From Betaproteobacteria bacterium (GTDB lineage Bacteria; Pseudomonadota; Gammaproteobacteria; Burkholderiales; Rhodocyclaceae): DNA of 64,000 nucleotides. Positions 18,973 to 28,928 of this stretch are shown one piece after another. The stretch spans positions 2,093 to 66,092 of the forward strand of contig VEPA01000245.1 in NCBI GenBank assembly GCA_012026675.1, read 5' to 3'. Under the pieces are notes generated by a model. It had not been told where the DNA came from. It ran no database searches and saw nothing but the letters and a program-made list of their open reading frames with translations. Made by a program: the position numbers and the translations under genes. Every line of letters starts with the position of its first letter. The first letter of the stretch is position 1.

Positions 18973-18988
18973 TGCAATGGTTCGGCCA
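18973..18988 (-). promoter_or_regulatory. Candidate sigma54 -24/-12 promoter facing away from the activator gene
   Basis: Minus strand TGGCCGAACCATTGCA (GG-N10-GC). Confidence 0.4.
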
Positions 18989-19058
18989 CAAGGCTTGATT
19001 CCGTTGCCTGTTCCGGAATAGAAGAGGATCTCGACCAAGTGATCGACTCCCTGGAGGA

Positions 19059-21050
19059 ATGCAGGTGAATGTAGCCACTGCCCTTGCCGGTAGGCACCTT
19101 GACCGCGTACACGCGATTATCGACGGGACGGGTAAATGTCCCTCGCCACCCGCCGACGACCGGGTCGCACGCTCATGGCTGCGTTGCGCGAAAGAATATG
19201 GGCTGTCGCCGCTCGGGACCTATGAGGTCGATATCCTCGCTCGGGAACAGCTGCTTCAGGGTCAACAGAAGCTCGCCGAGGTACTGGCGACGGCGCGCGT
19301 GGAAATGGCGAATCTGTATCAGCAACTTGCCGGATCCGGCTTTGCGGTACTGCTTGCCAATGCTGACGGTGTAGTCCTCGATTGCATCGGCGACGCGGCA
19401 TTTACGGACAAGGGATCAAAAACGGGGCTGGTGGCCGGTGCCGTCTGGACGGAACGCCAGCAAGGCACCAACGGGATGGGAACCTGCCTGATCGAAAGAC
19501 GACCGTTGGTCGTGCACCAGTTGGATCATTTCCTTTTCAGGAATACCCGCCTCACCTGCTCGGCAGCCCCGATTTTCGATCCGAAGGGCGAGATGGTCGC
19601 GGTTCTCGACGCATCGAGCGATTCGCGGCTGGCGCAGCAACACACGCTTGCCCTCGTCAACATGTCGGCGCAAACGATCGAAAACCGGATCTTCCTCAAC
19701 TGTTTCAGGAACGAGTTCATTGTCCGTTTTCACAGTCGACCGGAATTCGTCGGCACCCTCGGCGAGGGGCAGATTGCGATCGGACGCGACGGCCAGGTGA
19801 TCGCCGCAAACCGCAGCGCGCTGTTCCAGCTCGGCTTCCATGCCAACCATGAACTGGTCGGACTCGCCATCAACCGGGTGTTCAATCTCTCGCTCGGGTC
19901 GCTGATCGATCAAAGCGCCCGCAATTGGACAACCCCGTTGCCCATCTTCGAGGCCCGCCACGGGAATCGTTTTTTTGCCGTCACGCAGCAGCCGGAAAAT
20001 ATGTCCACGATCAGTGTTGCAGCTCCGGTCCGGCGTGCCCGACCGACCGCCGGTGCTTGGCGAAACTCAGCGGCCGTCCAGCTCGATGATCTTGCGCTGA
20101 GCGATACACGCATAATCGAAAGCGTTCGCAAAGCCAAGCGGGTTCTCGGTTCCGACATTCCGATCCTGATTCTCGGCGAGACCGGAACGGGCAAGGAATT
20201 GTTCGCCAAGGCGATCCACAACTCGGGCGAGGGCGGGGAAGACAAGCCCTTCGTGGCTGTCAATTGCGCGTCACTGCCGGAATCGCTTATCGAAAGCGAA
20301 CTTTTCGGCTATAAATCGGGCGCCTTCACCGGCGCGAGCCGCGAGGGGAGACGCGGGAGGATCTTGCAGGCCAACGGGGGAACGCTGTTCCTCGATGAGA
20401 TTGGCGACATGCCCCTGCAGCTGCAGGCGCGCCTTTTGCGCGTCCTCGAGGAGCGGGAAGTGTCGCCGCTCGGTTCCGAAAACGCCGTCAAGGTTGAATT
20501 CCGCCTGATTTGCGCTACGCATCGGGATCTGCTGGAACTGATCGATAAAGGCCAGTTTCGCGAGGATCTCTATTACCGGGTGCAGGGAATCTCGCTCGTG
20601 CTTCCCGCGCTGCGCGATCGGACCGACAAGAGGGCGCTTATTCGCAGCATCCTGGCGTCCGAGGCCCAGTTCTCGGCGGTGCCGGAGCTCGAAGAAGAAG
20701 CACTCGCTATATTGGAGAACTATGAATGGCCCGGAAACATCCGGCAACTGCGTAATGCCCTCCGTGCTGCCCTGGCATTGCATGACGGGACCTTGATCCG
20801 GACCCGCGATCTGCCGCGAGAAATCAGCAGGGGCGGGACCAGGCCATTGAAGGACGCGGCTGTTGCTACCGAATCCGCCGAGGAACAGGCGCTGCTGAAT
20901 CCCTTGCAGCTGGCCGAAAGGCAGGCCCTGATTCAGGGGCTGGAGCGGCACCGATGGAAGGTGACCAGTCTGGCGCGGGAACTCGATATCAGTCGCAACA
21001 CGCTGTATCGGAAAATGCGCAGGCTGGGCATAAAGGATCTAGCCCGCTAG
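19059..21050 (+). CDS. AcoR-type sigma54-dependent activator (GAF-PAS-AAA+-Fis HTH)
   Basis: SWLRC and GTNGMGT (GAF); GETGTGKE; ESELFG..GAFTGA; LFLDEIGDM; WPGNIRQL; ISRNTLYRKM. Confidence 0.93.
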   Translation: MQVNVATALAGRHLDRVHAIIDGTGKCPSPPADDRVARSWLRCAKEYGLSPLGTYEVDILAREQLLQGQQKLAEVLATARVEMANLYQQLAGSGFAVLLANADGVVLDCIGDAAFTDKGSKTGLVAGAVWTERQQGTNGMGTCLIERRPLVVHQLDHFLFRNTRLTCSAAPIFDPKGEMVAVLDASSDSRLAQQHTLALVNMSAQTIENRIFLNCFRNEFIVRFHSRPEFVGTLGEGQIAIGRDGQVIAANRSALFQLGFHANHELVGLAINRVFNLSLGSLIDQSARNWTTPLPIFEARHGNRFFAVTQQPENMSTISVAAPVRRARPTAGAWRNSAAVQLDDLALSDTRIIESVRKAKRVLGSDIPILILGETGTGKELFAKAIHNSGEGGEDKPFVAVNCASLPESLIESELFGYKSGAFTGASREGRRGRILQANGGTLFLDEIGDMPLQLQARLLRVLEEREVSPLGSENAVKVEFRLICATHRDLLELIDKGQFREDLYYRVQGISLVLPALRDRTDKRALIRSILASEAQFSAVPELEEEALAILENYEWPGNIRQLRNALRAALALHDGTLIRTRDLPREISRGGTRPLKDAAVATESAEEQALLNPLQLAERQALIQGLERHRWKVTSLARELDISRNTLYRKMRRLGIKDLAR

Positions 21051-21116
21051 AGTTGCCCCGCCGCCAAAGGTGGCAGAATTTCCGGGGCTCTCTGCCCCAT
21101 AAATCCGGAGCCGAAT

Positions 21117-21614
21117 TTGTCGAACGCCAACCGTTTCAGGACGCTTGTCGAGCCATGGGATCTGCACTTCAACTCCGCCCACTTCATTACCTTCGGCGAG
21201 TTCTGCGAAAATCTGCATGGCCACAATTTCCACGCGCGCGTCGACGTTTCCGGCAGCAATGGCGTCGACGGATATGTCGTCGATTTCACGATGCTCAATC
21301 GCCTGGCCGCAGACATCTGCCGGACCTTGCATGACAGAGTCATCCTACCCGGAACGAGCCCTGTCGTACGCATCGCACCGGATGGGGACATGCTCCGCAT
21401 CGAAAGTTTCGGCAAGGTATTTGTCCTGCCGCAAAAGAACTGCATTATCCTTCCAATCGTGAACGTCACGGCGGAAATGCTGGCGTGGCATATCAGCGAG
21501 GAACTCGTCAAGGGTCTCGCGGCGACCGATTCGCTGAAAACCATCGACGAGATAGAGGTTGCCGTGGAGGAAGCCGACCGCCAATGGGGAATTTTCCGGC
21601 GGGAGATCCGCTAG
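21117..21614 (+). CDS. 6-pyruvoyl-tetrahydropterin synthase (QueD-fold), CExxHGH type
   Basis: FNSAHF..CENLHGHN..VDF..TAE..VEE; TTG start preceded by GGAG. Confidence 0.85.
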   Translation: MSNANRFRTLVEPWDLHFNSAHFITFGEFCENLHGHNFHARVDVSGSNGVDGYVVDFTMLNRLAADICRTLHDRVILPGTSPVVRIAPDGDMLRIESFGKVFVLPQKNCIILPIVNVTAEMLAWHISEELVKGLAATDSLKTIDEIEVAVEEADRQWGIFRREIR

Positions 21615-21734
21615 TCGGGCACAACCGGCTTGCATGGTGTTTTGGCCGGCCATGGTGCCGAATTGGAGAATTCTGTTGATCACAGCATGTTGCAAGCGCT
21701 GCCGGCCGAAGCCGACGCGTTGTTTGTAGGCGCG

Positions 21735-22292
21735 ATGAATAATCCAAAGGAAAAGCGGCTTGCCTGGGCGATTTCGGGCTCCGGTCATTACCTGCGGGAA
21801 TGCCTTGAAATCATCCGCGGCCTGGAGCGGGTCGATCTGTTTCTTTCCGCTGCGGCGTCAGAGGTGCTACGCATGTACGGCCATGACCTAGCCGCACTGA
21901 GGTCCCAAATGCGCGTCTATAGCGACACGACCGCCAGTTCGGTGCCCGTGGAGTTCCTCTACCAAGGTAATTACCACACCATGGTGATCGCTCCGGCAAC
22001 CTCGAACACCGTCGCCAAGATGGTCTGGGGAATCTCTGACACCCTCGTTACCAACATGTACGCGCAGGCCGGCAAGTGTCGGGTGCAGTCGATAGTCTTC
22101 GCCTGCGACAACGAGCCGGAAATCGAGTCGGAGGCACCGGCGGGAATGGTCAAGGTCTATCCGCGCCGGATCGACCTGGATAACGTCGATCGCCTCAAGG
22201 AGTTCGAGGCGACGACCGTCGTCGCCGACATGCCCGGCCTGAGGCAGGCGCTAAAGGACCGACTGGATTGGCTGAACATATCCTCTTCCTGA
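21735..22292 (+). CDS. Archaeoflavoprotein-like protein (AfpA/DmrB, probable dihydromethanopterin reductase)
   Basis: LAWAISGSGH, IAPATSNTVAK, DTLVTN..AQAGK, FACD motifs; lies in the H4MPT cluster. Confidence 0.82.
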   Translation: MNNPKEKRLAWAISGSGHYLRECLEIIRGLERVDLFLSAAASEVLRMYGHDLAALRSQMRVYSDTTASSVPVEFLYQGNYHTMVIAPATSNTVAKMVWGISDTLVTNMYAQAGKCRVQSIVFACDNEPEIESEAPAGMVKVYPRRIDLDNVDRLKEFEATTVVADMPGLRQALKDRLDWLNISSS

Positions 22293-23680
22293 CCGGAAAG
22301 CTGGCCGAGCCGAGCCTGCGGAAGGTGCTTCATGCGATGCAGCCGACCGAGTTCTCGTACGACGTCTGCGAGTTGGGAATCAGCGTTGCAGGGCTGATGA
22401 CCTCGGACATGATCCGGCGCCGCCTTGTCGATATCCATAATGCATCGCGGATCGTCATACCGGGCCGCGCCAGGGGCGACCTCGACCCTCTGTGCGAGCA
22501 CTACGGCGTGCCCGTCGTACGCGGACCCGACGAGTTGAAGGACCTGCCACAGTTTTTTGGTCGCGCCGGGGAGAAGCCGGACCTGTCCCGCTACGACATA
22601 CGCATTTTTGCCGAGATCGTCGAGGCCCCCACCCTGACGGTGGCGGGCCTGCTCGCGCGGGCGGCCTACTACCGTGCTTGCGGCGCCGACGTGATTGATC
22701 TGGGAGCGCTGCCGCAAACCCCGTTCCCCCACCTCGAAGATGCTGTTGCCGCCCTGGTCGAAGCCGGTTACCAAGTCAGCGTCGACTCGCACGACACCGA
22801 GGAATTGCTGCGCGGCGGACGCGCCGGGGCGCATTACCTGTTGAGCCTGAAGGAGGAGACTCTCTGGGTGGCGGACCAGGTGGCGGCCGTGCCGGTCGTC
22901 ATCCCGTCAGAAGCCGGAGACATCGACTCCCTGGTGCGTTCGGTTCGGGCGCTGCAGTCCCGCGGGCGGCCGTGCATTGCCGATTCGATTCTCGATCCGA
23001 TCCATTTCGGATTCACCGACGCGATCGTCCGTTACCGCGAATTGCGCAATGTACTGCCGGAAACCGAAATAATGATGGGCATCGGCAACCTCACCGAACT
23101 CACCGATGCCGATACTGCGGGCATGAATGCCTTGCTGATTGGCATAGCCTCGGAGCTCGGGATAACCAATATCCTTGCCACCGAGGTTAGTCCGCATGCG
23201 CGATCCGCCGTGCGCGAGGCGGATTTTGCCCGGCGCATGATGTTTGCCGCCCGCGCGAACAGCGCCCTGCCCCGCGACATAGGCGACCAGCTGATGGCCC
23301 TGCATGAACGCCGTCCATTCCCCTACGCAGCTGCGGAAATCGGCGAGTTCGCCGACGCGGTAAAGGATCCGAGTTTTCGCATCCAGGTCAGCAGCACCGG
23401 CATGCACGTCTATAACCGGGACGGGATGCAGGTGGGCACCGACCCGTTTGAGTTTTATCCCGGCCTGAAGGTGGACCAGGATGGCAGCCATGCGTTTTAC
23501 CTTGGCGTGGAACTGGGACGGGCTCAAATCGCCTGGCAACTGGGCAAACGCTACACCCAGGATCAGCCGCTGGGCTGGGGCTGCGCCGCTGGCGACGGGA
23601 CGGATACGGATGGCGCCCGATGCGGCCCGGAAAGCGGGCTGTCGCAGGAAACGCACAAGCCGACGACAGGCAGGCGATGA
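22268..23680 (+). CDS. Orf20: dihydropteroate-synthase-like methanopterin biosynthesis protein
   Basis: ILFLTGKLAE, GADVIDLG, SVDS, ILDPIHFG, MGIGNLTELTDAD, HAFYLGVEL..KRYTQD. Confidence 0.88.
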   Translation: MAEHILFLTGKLAEPSLRKVLHAMQPTEFSYDVCELGISVAGLMTSDMIRRRLVDIHNASRIVIPGRARGDLDPLCEHYGVPVVRGPDELKDLPQFFGRAGEKPDLSRYDIRIFAEIVEAPTLTVAGLLARAAYYRACGADVIDLGALPQTPFPHLEDAVAALVEAGYQVSVDSHDTEELLRGGRAGAHYLLSLKEETLWVADQVAAVPVVIPSEAGDIDSLVRSVRALQSRGRPCIADSILDPIHFGFTDAIVRYRELRNVLPETEIMMGIGNLTELTDADTAGMNALLIGIASELGITNILATEVSPHARSAVREADFARRMMFAARANSALPRDIGDQLMALHERRPFPYAAAEIGEFADAVKDPSFRIQVSSTGMHVYNRDGMQVGTDPFEFYPGLKVDQDGSHAFYLGVELGRAQIAWQLGKRYTQDQPLGWGCAAGDGTDTDGARCGPESGLSQETHKPTTGRR

Positions 23681-24267
23681 ACTCCGCGCAACGGATTTTC
23701 GAGGCCATCGTGACGACCCGACATGCCGACGGAGGCATCCACACCGTGCCGCTCGGATTTCGCCATGAGGGCGACGCGGTCGTGCTCTCCCCGTTCCGGC
23801 CATCGACTACCCTGGACAACATACTGCGCGACCGGCACGCGGTCTTGAATCTTGTCGATGACGTGCGGATTTTTGCCGGCTGCCTGACCGGGCGCCATGA
23901 CTGGCCGACCGAGGAGGCCCGTGACATTCCCGGTCGCCGACTCGCCGGCGCCCTTGCGCACATGGAATTGCGTCTGGACCGGGTCGAGGACGACCCCGTG
24001 CGGCCGCGGCTCATTTGTCTGCAGGTGCATGCGGAAACCCATGCCCCGTTCCGCGGCTTCAATCGCGCCCAGGCCGCCGTGATCGAGGCCTGCATTCTTG
24101 CAAGTCGACTGGGTCTGCTTGCCGAAGACAAAATCCGCAGCGAAATCGCCTATCTGGCATTTGCCATCGTAAAGACCGCTGGTCCGGAGGAACTCGAAGC
24201 ATGGGGCTGGGTGGTCGGGCGGATTGAAGACCATTTTCGCCTGATGGCGCCTGGCGGGTCCGCATGA
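23677..24267 (+). CDS. Orf19: DUF447 family methanopterin biosynthesis protein
   Basis: IFEAIVTT..PFRPSTTLDN..GFNRAQAAVIE..KTAG; ATGA overlap with orf20. Confidence 0.86.
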   Translation: MNSAQRIFEAIVTTRHADGGIHTVPLGFRHEGDAVVLSPFRPSTTLDNILRDRHAVLNLVDDVRIFAGCLTGRHDWPTEEARDIPGRRLAGALAHMELRLDRVEDDPVRPRLICLQVHAETHAPFRGFNRAQAAVIEACILASRLGLLAEDKIRSEIAYLAFAIVKTAGPEELEAWGWVVGRIEDHFRLMAPGGSA

Positions 24268-25043
24268 AGACGCTAACTTCCGACGGGACGACTACCGGCA
24301 TGCTCGCCAGCGTGACGACCTGCGCCGAAGCGATGATTGCGCTCGAAGGCGGTGCGGACATCATCGACCTCAAGAACCCCGCTCGTGGCGCACTTGGCGC
24401 ATTGGATGACGAGACGATCCGGGCCGTGGTTGCAGCGGTCGCCGGTCGCGTTCCGGTCAGTGCGACAACAGGTGACCTGGTCGATATGGATATCGGCCAG
24501 ATTTGCCGGGCCGTCGAGCGCATGGCAAACAACGGTGTTGACTACGTGAAGGTCGGTTTCTTCCCGGGCCCGGATTCGGCGGCCTGCCTGGATGCGCTGT
24601 CGACGTACGCAGACAAGGGCATTCGGCTGGTTGCGGTATTGTTTGGCGACCTCGGCTACGAAGGTTTTCCTGTTCCCGCGTTCGCCGCGGCGGGATTCGC
24701 CGGTGTAATGCTCGATACGGCAATCAAGGGTTGCGGCTCGATCCGTGGCCAGATTGCCGATAGCCGGCTGGCGGAATTTGTCGCCGCGGCACAGGTCACT
24801 GGCATGCTCGCGGGATTGGCGGGATCACTTGCCGTCGCGGACATCGCGCCGCTGATCCAGTTGCGCCCGGATTACCTCGGTTTTCGCGGCGCGTTGTGCG
24901 CAGGCGGCATTCGCACCGGCGGACTCGATGCGCCCTCCTTCGCCCGGGTTCGTTCGGCCATCTGCAGCAGCGGGCATCAGCGTTCGGCGGCCAGTCGCCC
25001 GACATGGGCCGCCACTGCGCTGGCAAGACCTTCCAGATTGTAG
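24264..25043 (+). CDS. mfnB: Orf22: (5-formylfuran-3-yl)methyl phosphate synthase, MfnB-like
   Basis: MLASV..EA..GADIIDLKNP..GALGA, VSAT.GD, YVKVG, MLDTAIK, GLAGSL, PDYLGFRGALC. Confidence 0.88.
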   Translation: MKTLTSDGTTTGMLASVTTCAEAMIALEGGADIIDLKNPARGALGALDDETIRAVVAAVAGRVPVSATTGDLVDMDIGQICRAVERMANNGVDYVKVGFFPGPDSAACLDALSTYADKGIRLVAVLFGDLGYEGFPVPAFAAAGFAGVMLDTAIKGCGSIRGQIADSRLAEFVAAAQVTGMLAGLAGSLAVADIAPLIQLRPDYLGFRGALCAGGIRTGGLDAPSFARVRSAICSSGHQRSAASRPTWAATALARPSRL

Positions 25044-26098
25044 CCTCCTTCGAGCACGGAGATCACGCGGCCGCCGGCATGTCGATCGGCGATGCCAAGA
25101 ACGAGGTCGGTAAGGTCGGCAAAATCCCGGTCCGACAAGGCAAGGCCGCCCAAAGGATCGCCGGCGCGGGAATCGAAACCGGCCGATATCATCACCAGTT
25201 CCGGACGGAAACGCTCGGCGGCAGGGACCAGCGTATCGCGGAATGCGCCGAGGATCTCGGTCCGTCCCGCGCCCCTGGCGAAGGGTCGGTTGATGATAAG
25301 ACCGAGCGCCTTGCCTTCGCCCTGCTCGCTTGCGGCACCGGTATGGGGATACCAGTTTCCCAGGTGGGTGTCGAAGAACAGGACGGATCCATCGCTCCAG
25401 AAGATGTCCTGCGTTCCGTTGCCGTGATGTACGTCCCAGTCCACAATCAGTACCCGGGCAATCCCGTGCTTGCGCTGCGCATGGCGTGCCCCCAGGGCAA
25501 CATTGTTGAAAATGCAGAACCCCATTCCCTTGTCGCGCGAGGCATGATGTCCGGGCGGCCGGACAGCGCAAAAGGCAGTCCTTGAATCGCCGGTCAGCAC
25601 GGCGTCGACGGCGGATATTACCGTTCCTGCCGCGGCCAGGGCGGCCGCCAACGAGCCCGGGGAAATCTGTGTATCCCCCGTCGACAGTGTCTGCGCTCCA
25701 CTGCGGATTTCCTTCCTGACCAGGTCAACATATTCGCGCGAATGGCATGACAGAAGTTCATCCAGGGTCGCCGGTCGCGGTATCGTGAATCGGCCGCGTC
25801 CGACAAGGGCATCGGCCAGTGCGGATTGAACCGCGGTCAACCGCCCGGGTCGTTCCGGGTGATCCATCCCTGCCAGATGAAGCAGGCAGTCGGGATGCAG
25901 GAACACCCGGTTTGCGACCGTGCCCTTGTCGGGCACGAGGCGCAATGACGTTCGAATACCGGGTTGGGCTGCAGCGGGCGACGAGAACGGACAGGCGGCG
26001 ACCAGCGCAATCGCCTGCTGCAGAAATGTCCGCCGCTCGAACGATGCCTCTGTGACCGCGCGCTCCGGCCGAGGAAGAGGCAACCCCCGGCCAGCCAC
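24977..26098 (-). CDS. Histone-deacetylase-family Zn amidohydrolase with twin-arginine-like signal
   Basis: HPERPGR, RPPGHHA, GFCIFNN, DWDVHHGNGTQ, SAGFD, EGGY all intact; ERRTFL followed by a hydrophobic stretch and AAA. Confidence 0.9.
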   Translation of the reverse strand: MAGRGLPLPRPERAVTEASFERRTFLQQAIALVAACPFSSPAAAQPGIRTSLRLVPDKGTVANRVFLHPDCLLHLAGMDHPERPGRLTAVQSALADALVGRGRFTIPRPATLDELLSCHSREYVDLVRKEIRSGAQTLSTGDTQISPGSLAAALAAAGTVISAVDAVLTGDSRTAFCAVRPPGHHASRDKGMGFCIFNNVALGARHAQRKHGIARVLIVDWDVHHGNGTQDIFWSDGSVLFFDTHLGNWYPHTGAASEQGEGKALGLIINRPFARGAGRTEILGAFRDTLVPAAERFRPELVMISAGFDSRAGDPLGGLALSDRDFADLTDLVLGIADRHAGGRVISVLEGGYNLEGLASAVAAHVGRLAAER

Positions 26099-26102
26099 GA
26101 CC

Positions 26103-26816
26103 CTAGCCGCGCTGGCCGGTTGGTGGCACTCGTGGCGGCGAACGGTGCGGCCGCTTGGTCACTCGCGCACGACTCGCAGGCGTGCGAACCGCCGGTTCAG
26201 GTCGCCGGGTGTGGATGAGACTTCCGCCGCGCATGCCCGTGACCAGCATCCGTTCCATCATGCCATGCTCCGCCTTGCCAAATAGCCTGGATTCGTAATG
26301 CCCGTCCCTGGTCAGTATCGGGAACAGAGGATCTACTATCCCTCGCGCGCTGAGATCGTGGGCCGTCAGCACATCCCCGGTCGGCTCCAGCGGCTTGACC
26401 AGTACAAGCATTTCGGCACCCATCGTTTCGGCCAGCCAGGCCGCCAGACTGTCCGACGTGATCTCCCAGCTTTCCGGTATTTCCGGATTCTCGAATGTCA
26501 TGAGCCCCGGCAGCCACACCGGGACGGCGGCCTCCCGCAGCAATCGCTTCATTTCCATTTGCGAACTTGCCCGCCGCAGGTCCGGGCGAATCCCGGTCAT
26601 CATCAACCCGTATTGTTCCATGGCCAGAATCGCCATGCGATGGGCGACCTTGTTGTCAAATCCCCAGAGATCCTGCGCCCTGCGAACCTGGTTGGCGAAG
26701 GGACCGCCGCCGGGAACGATGATCACGCGGCCGCCGCCAAAGCTCGCCAAAACGCCAAGCCAGGACTGAAGTTCGGCGCTATCTATGAGACTTCCACCCA
26801 GTTTGATGACCCACAT
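26103..26816 (-). CDS. Orf21: amino-acid-kinase family (MfnE-like)
   Basis: MWVIKLGGSL, VPGGGPFA, AHRMAILAM, WEITSDSLAAW. Confidence 0.88.
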   Translation of the reverse strand: MWVIKLGGSLIDSAELQSWLGVLASFGGGRVIIVPGGGPFANQVRRAQDLWGFDNKVAHRMAILAMEQYGLMMTGIRPDLRRASSQMEMKRLLREAAVPVWLPGLMTFENPEIPESWEITSDSLAAWLAETMGAEMLVLVKPLEPTGDVLTAHDLSARGIVDPLFPILTRDGHYESRLFGKAEHGMMERMLVTGMRGGSLIHTRRPEPAVRTPASRARVTKRPHRSPPRVPPTGQRG

Positions 26817-26890
26817 GAGCTGCTCCCGTCTGGCGCCCGGCAAACCTCGCCGCATTCGCTTGCTGTGGCTGAATCGGTTATTTGATCGGG

Positions 26891-27934
26891 CTAGTAGTGT
26901 TTCGTTCTCGCCAGCCCGGCGACGGCAATGGCCGGCGCGCAACTTGCCAACCAATGTTCGGTCGCCGGTGCGAAATCAATGTATTGCGAAAAATCGACGT
27001 AAGGTCTGTCAAGTCGCTCGGCCAGTTTCCGCACCAGGAAGCGGCCGACGCCCGCGCCTATCAAAGGGGCGTCCTGGTCAAGCGTCTCGCGCGAAAGTAC
27101 CCTGGCACTGGCGTCGGCAATCCGTCGCAACTGGCGCTCGGCGACATATTCGGCGCAGCGGCGCCACGCACCGAGGGAGGCGGATTCCACGTCGCGGCCC
27201 AGCAGGCGTGCAAAGCGGCGCGCGCTGTCAATCACGCTTTTGCCACCGTTGTCGGCGGCAGGCATCTGGTCGGCATCGACGGGAAGTCGCTCGCAGAGGC
27301 GATAAACATCTGCCATCACGGCAAAATGTTCGGCCATCGGCTCGACCCACTCCCCATCGAAAGGCAGCCGGTCCGCAACCGCCATGACCGGAGTGCGCAC
27401 GATGCCGGTGTAGATCAGTTCCTGGCATACCAGTCTTTCGTGGTCGTTTCTGCCCCTGGCCCGAAGGCCGCCGCGCAGCGGAATGATGTCGGTCGTCGTG
27501 CTGCCAATGTCGACGATCAGCGCCTGGGGCACGAGCGGAGCAATGAACGCGGCCGTCGCCATCCAGTTTGCCGAGGCAATCTGGTCGACCAGACCCTCGC
27601 TGTCTGCCGGCGAAACGAATCCCGCGTTGCCGGCATAGACGCTTACGCGCTCCACGGACAGGCGACTGGCAATGGTATTCAACAGTTGGCGCACGCCGTC
27701 GGCACGACTGACAAAGAGGTCGACAAGTTCGCCGGTCATCGTTATCGCGTGGCGGGCCTCGCGGCCGGGCAGTTGCTCGAGCGCCTGTTCGAGCGCGTTG
27801 CGCAGGTGCGAAAGGCCTTGCCAAAGGGGACAGGGCAATTGCAGGACATGCTCAACCCTGCCATGGCCGGCGAGGCAGGCGGCCTTCAGGTGAGCGCCGC
27901 CGATGTCCCAGCCGATGTAATGGCTACTCTTCAT
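26891..27934 (-). CDS. Orf9: hydantoinase/oxoprolinase-like (MfnF-like) protein
   Basis: GWDIGGAHLK, TMTGELVDLF, ASANW, DIGSTTTDI, YTGIVRTP. Confidence 0.88.
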   Translation of the reverse strand: MKSSHYIGWDIGGAHLKAACLAGHGRVEHVLQLPCPLWQGLSHLRNALEQALEQLPGREARHAITMTGELVDLFVSRADGVRQLLNTIASRLSVERVSVYAGNAGFVSPADSEGLVDQIASANWMATAAFIAPLVPQALIVDIGSTTTDIIPLRGGLRARGRNDHERLVCQELIYTGIVRTPVMAVADRLPFDGEWVEPMAEHFAVMADVYRLCERLPVDADQMPAADNGGKSVIDSARRFARLLGRDVESASLGAWRRCAEYVAERQLRRIADASARVLSRETLDQDAPLIGAGVGRFLVRKLAERLDRPYVDFSQYIDFAPATEHWLASCAPAIAVAGLARTKHY

Positions 27935-28919
27935 TGCCGGTCTCGATCTCGACCCGGGTGCCGACTGGCAAGGGTGGCAGGGATGCCATCCCGTTGGCGC
28001 GCAAGGCAAGGATGCGCGCTGCCGTGTTGGTCCCGAGAGCCTGCGTGAGTCCGGCGTAAGACGTGGTCACCCGTGGATTGATTTCAACCACCACGGGTCC
28101 GTTGCAAGTCTCGATCAGGTCTATGCCTACATAACCCCAAAGGCCGGGAATGGCTCTCGCGATTGCCGACGCCAATCCGCGGTAGGTCTGGCGACCGGCG
28201 GGATCGGCGTTGATGACGACGCCACGAAATTCGAAGATGCCGTCGACCGCACGCACGCGCTGAATGTTGCAGGAAATGATATCGGCCGCGCCGGCCGCAC
28301 ACAGCAACGACAGGCTCAGCGCCTCGCCAGCGATATACGGCTGCACCACAAATCGGCTCGAACCATGGCGGGACCACCATGCCGCTGCGGAAGCGCGACT
28401 GAGCAGGACGGTTTCGACACAGCCCGCGCCATCGTCGGGCTTGACGACCAGAGCCGCGTATTCGACCGGAACCTCGGCGGGGGTGCGATAGGCCGGTATA
28501 ACCGCAATACCGTGCCTGGCCAGAATGTCGGCGGTTGCCGCCTTGCTGGCGCCGACTTTGATCGCCTCGGGAGTGCTGGCAATGACCGAAGCTCCAGAGG
28601 CGGTCGCGAAACGACAAACGCGTTCCAGTATGCCATCCGATTCCGGCGCCACCGGCCAGATCGCATCGGCCGCGTGCAATCCCCGGCGCAACACGGCTTC
28701 AAGGTTCTCGCCGGGTCCGACGCGCAGGGTTCGCGCGGGTTCCCGCATGGGGCCAAGTCGCCAATCCCGCGTGACCACGATCTCCATGCCGCCAATGGAT
28801 ATGAGATCATCGATCATCGCTTCGAGCATCAGGTTGCCTTCGCGGGCCAGCGATGCCGGCAGCGCTTGATCGGCAAGACCACCGCCGGTGACATGTTCGT
28901 AGACAAATATTCTCTTGAT
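27924..28919 (-). CDS. Orf1: ATP-grasp ligase (MfnD-like); apparently non-canonical start (ATC 28919 or a nearby ATA)
   Basis: RIFVYEHVTGGG..EG..ML, VAPESDG, VVKPDDGAGC, GYVGID, EINPRVTTSY. No ATG/GTG/TTG at the expected N-terminus. Confidence 0.8.
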   Translation of the reverse strand: MKRIFVYEHVTGGGLADQALPASLAREGNLMLEAMIDDLISIGGMEIVVTRDWRLGPMREPARTLRVGPGENLEAVLRRGLHAADAIWPVAPESDGILERVCRFATASGASVIASTPEAIKVGASKAATADILARHGIAVIPAYRTPAEVPVEYAALVVKPDDGAGCVETVLLSRASAAAWWSRHGSSRFVVQPYIAGEALSLSLLCAAGAADIISCNIQRVRAVDGIFEFRGVVINADPAGRQTYRGLASAIARAIPGLWGYVGIDLIETCNGPVVVEINPRVTTSYAGLTQALGTNTAARILALRANGMASLPPLPVGTRVEIETGNEE

Positions 28920-28928
28920 GGTGCCGTC

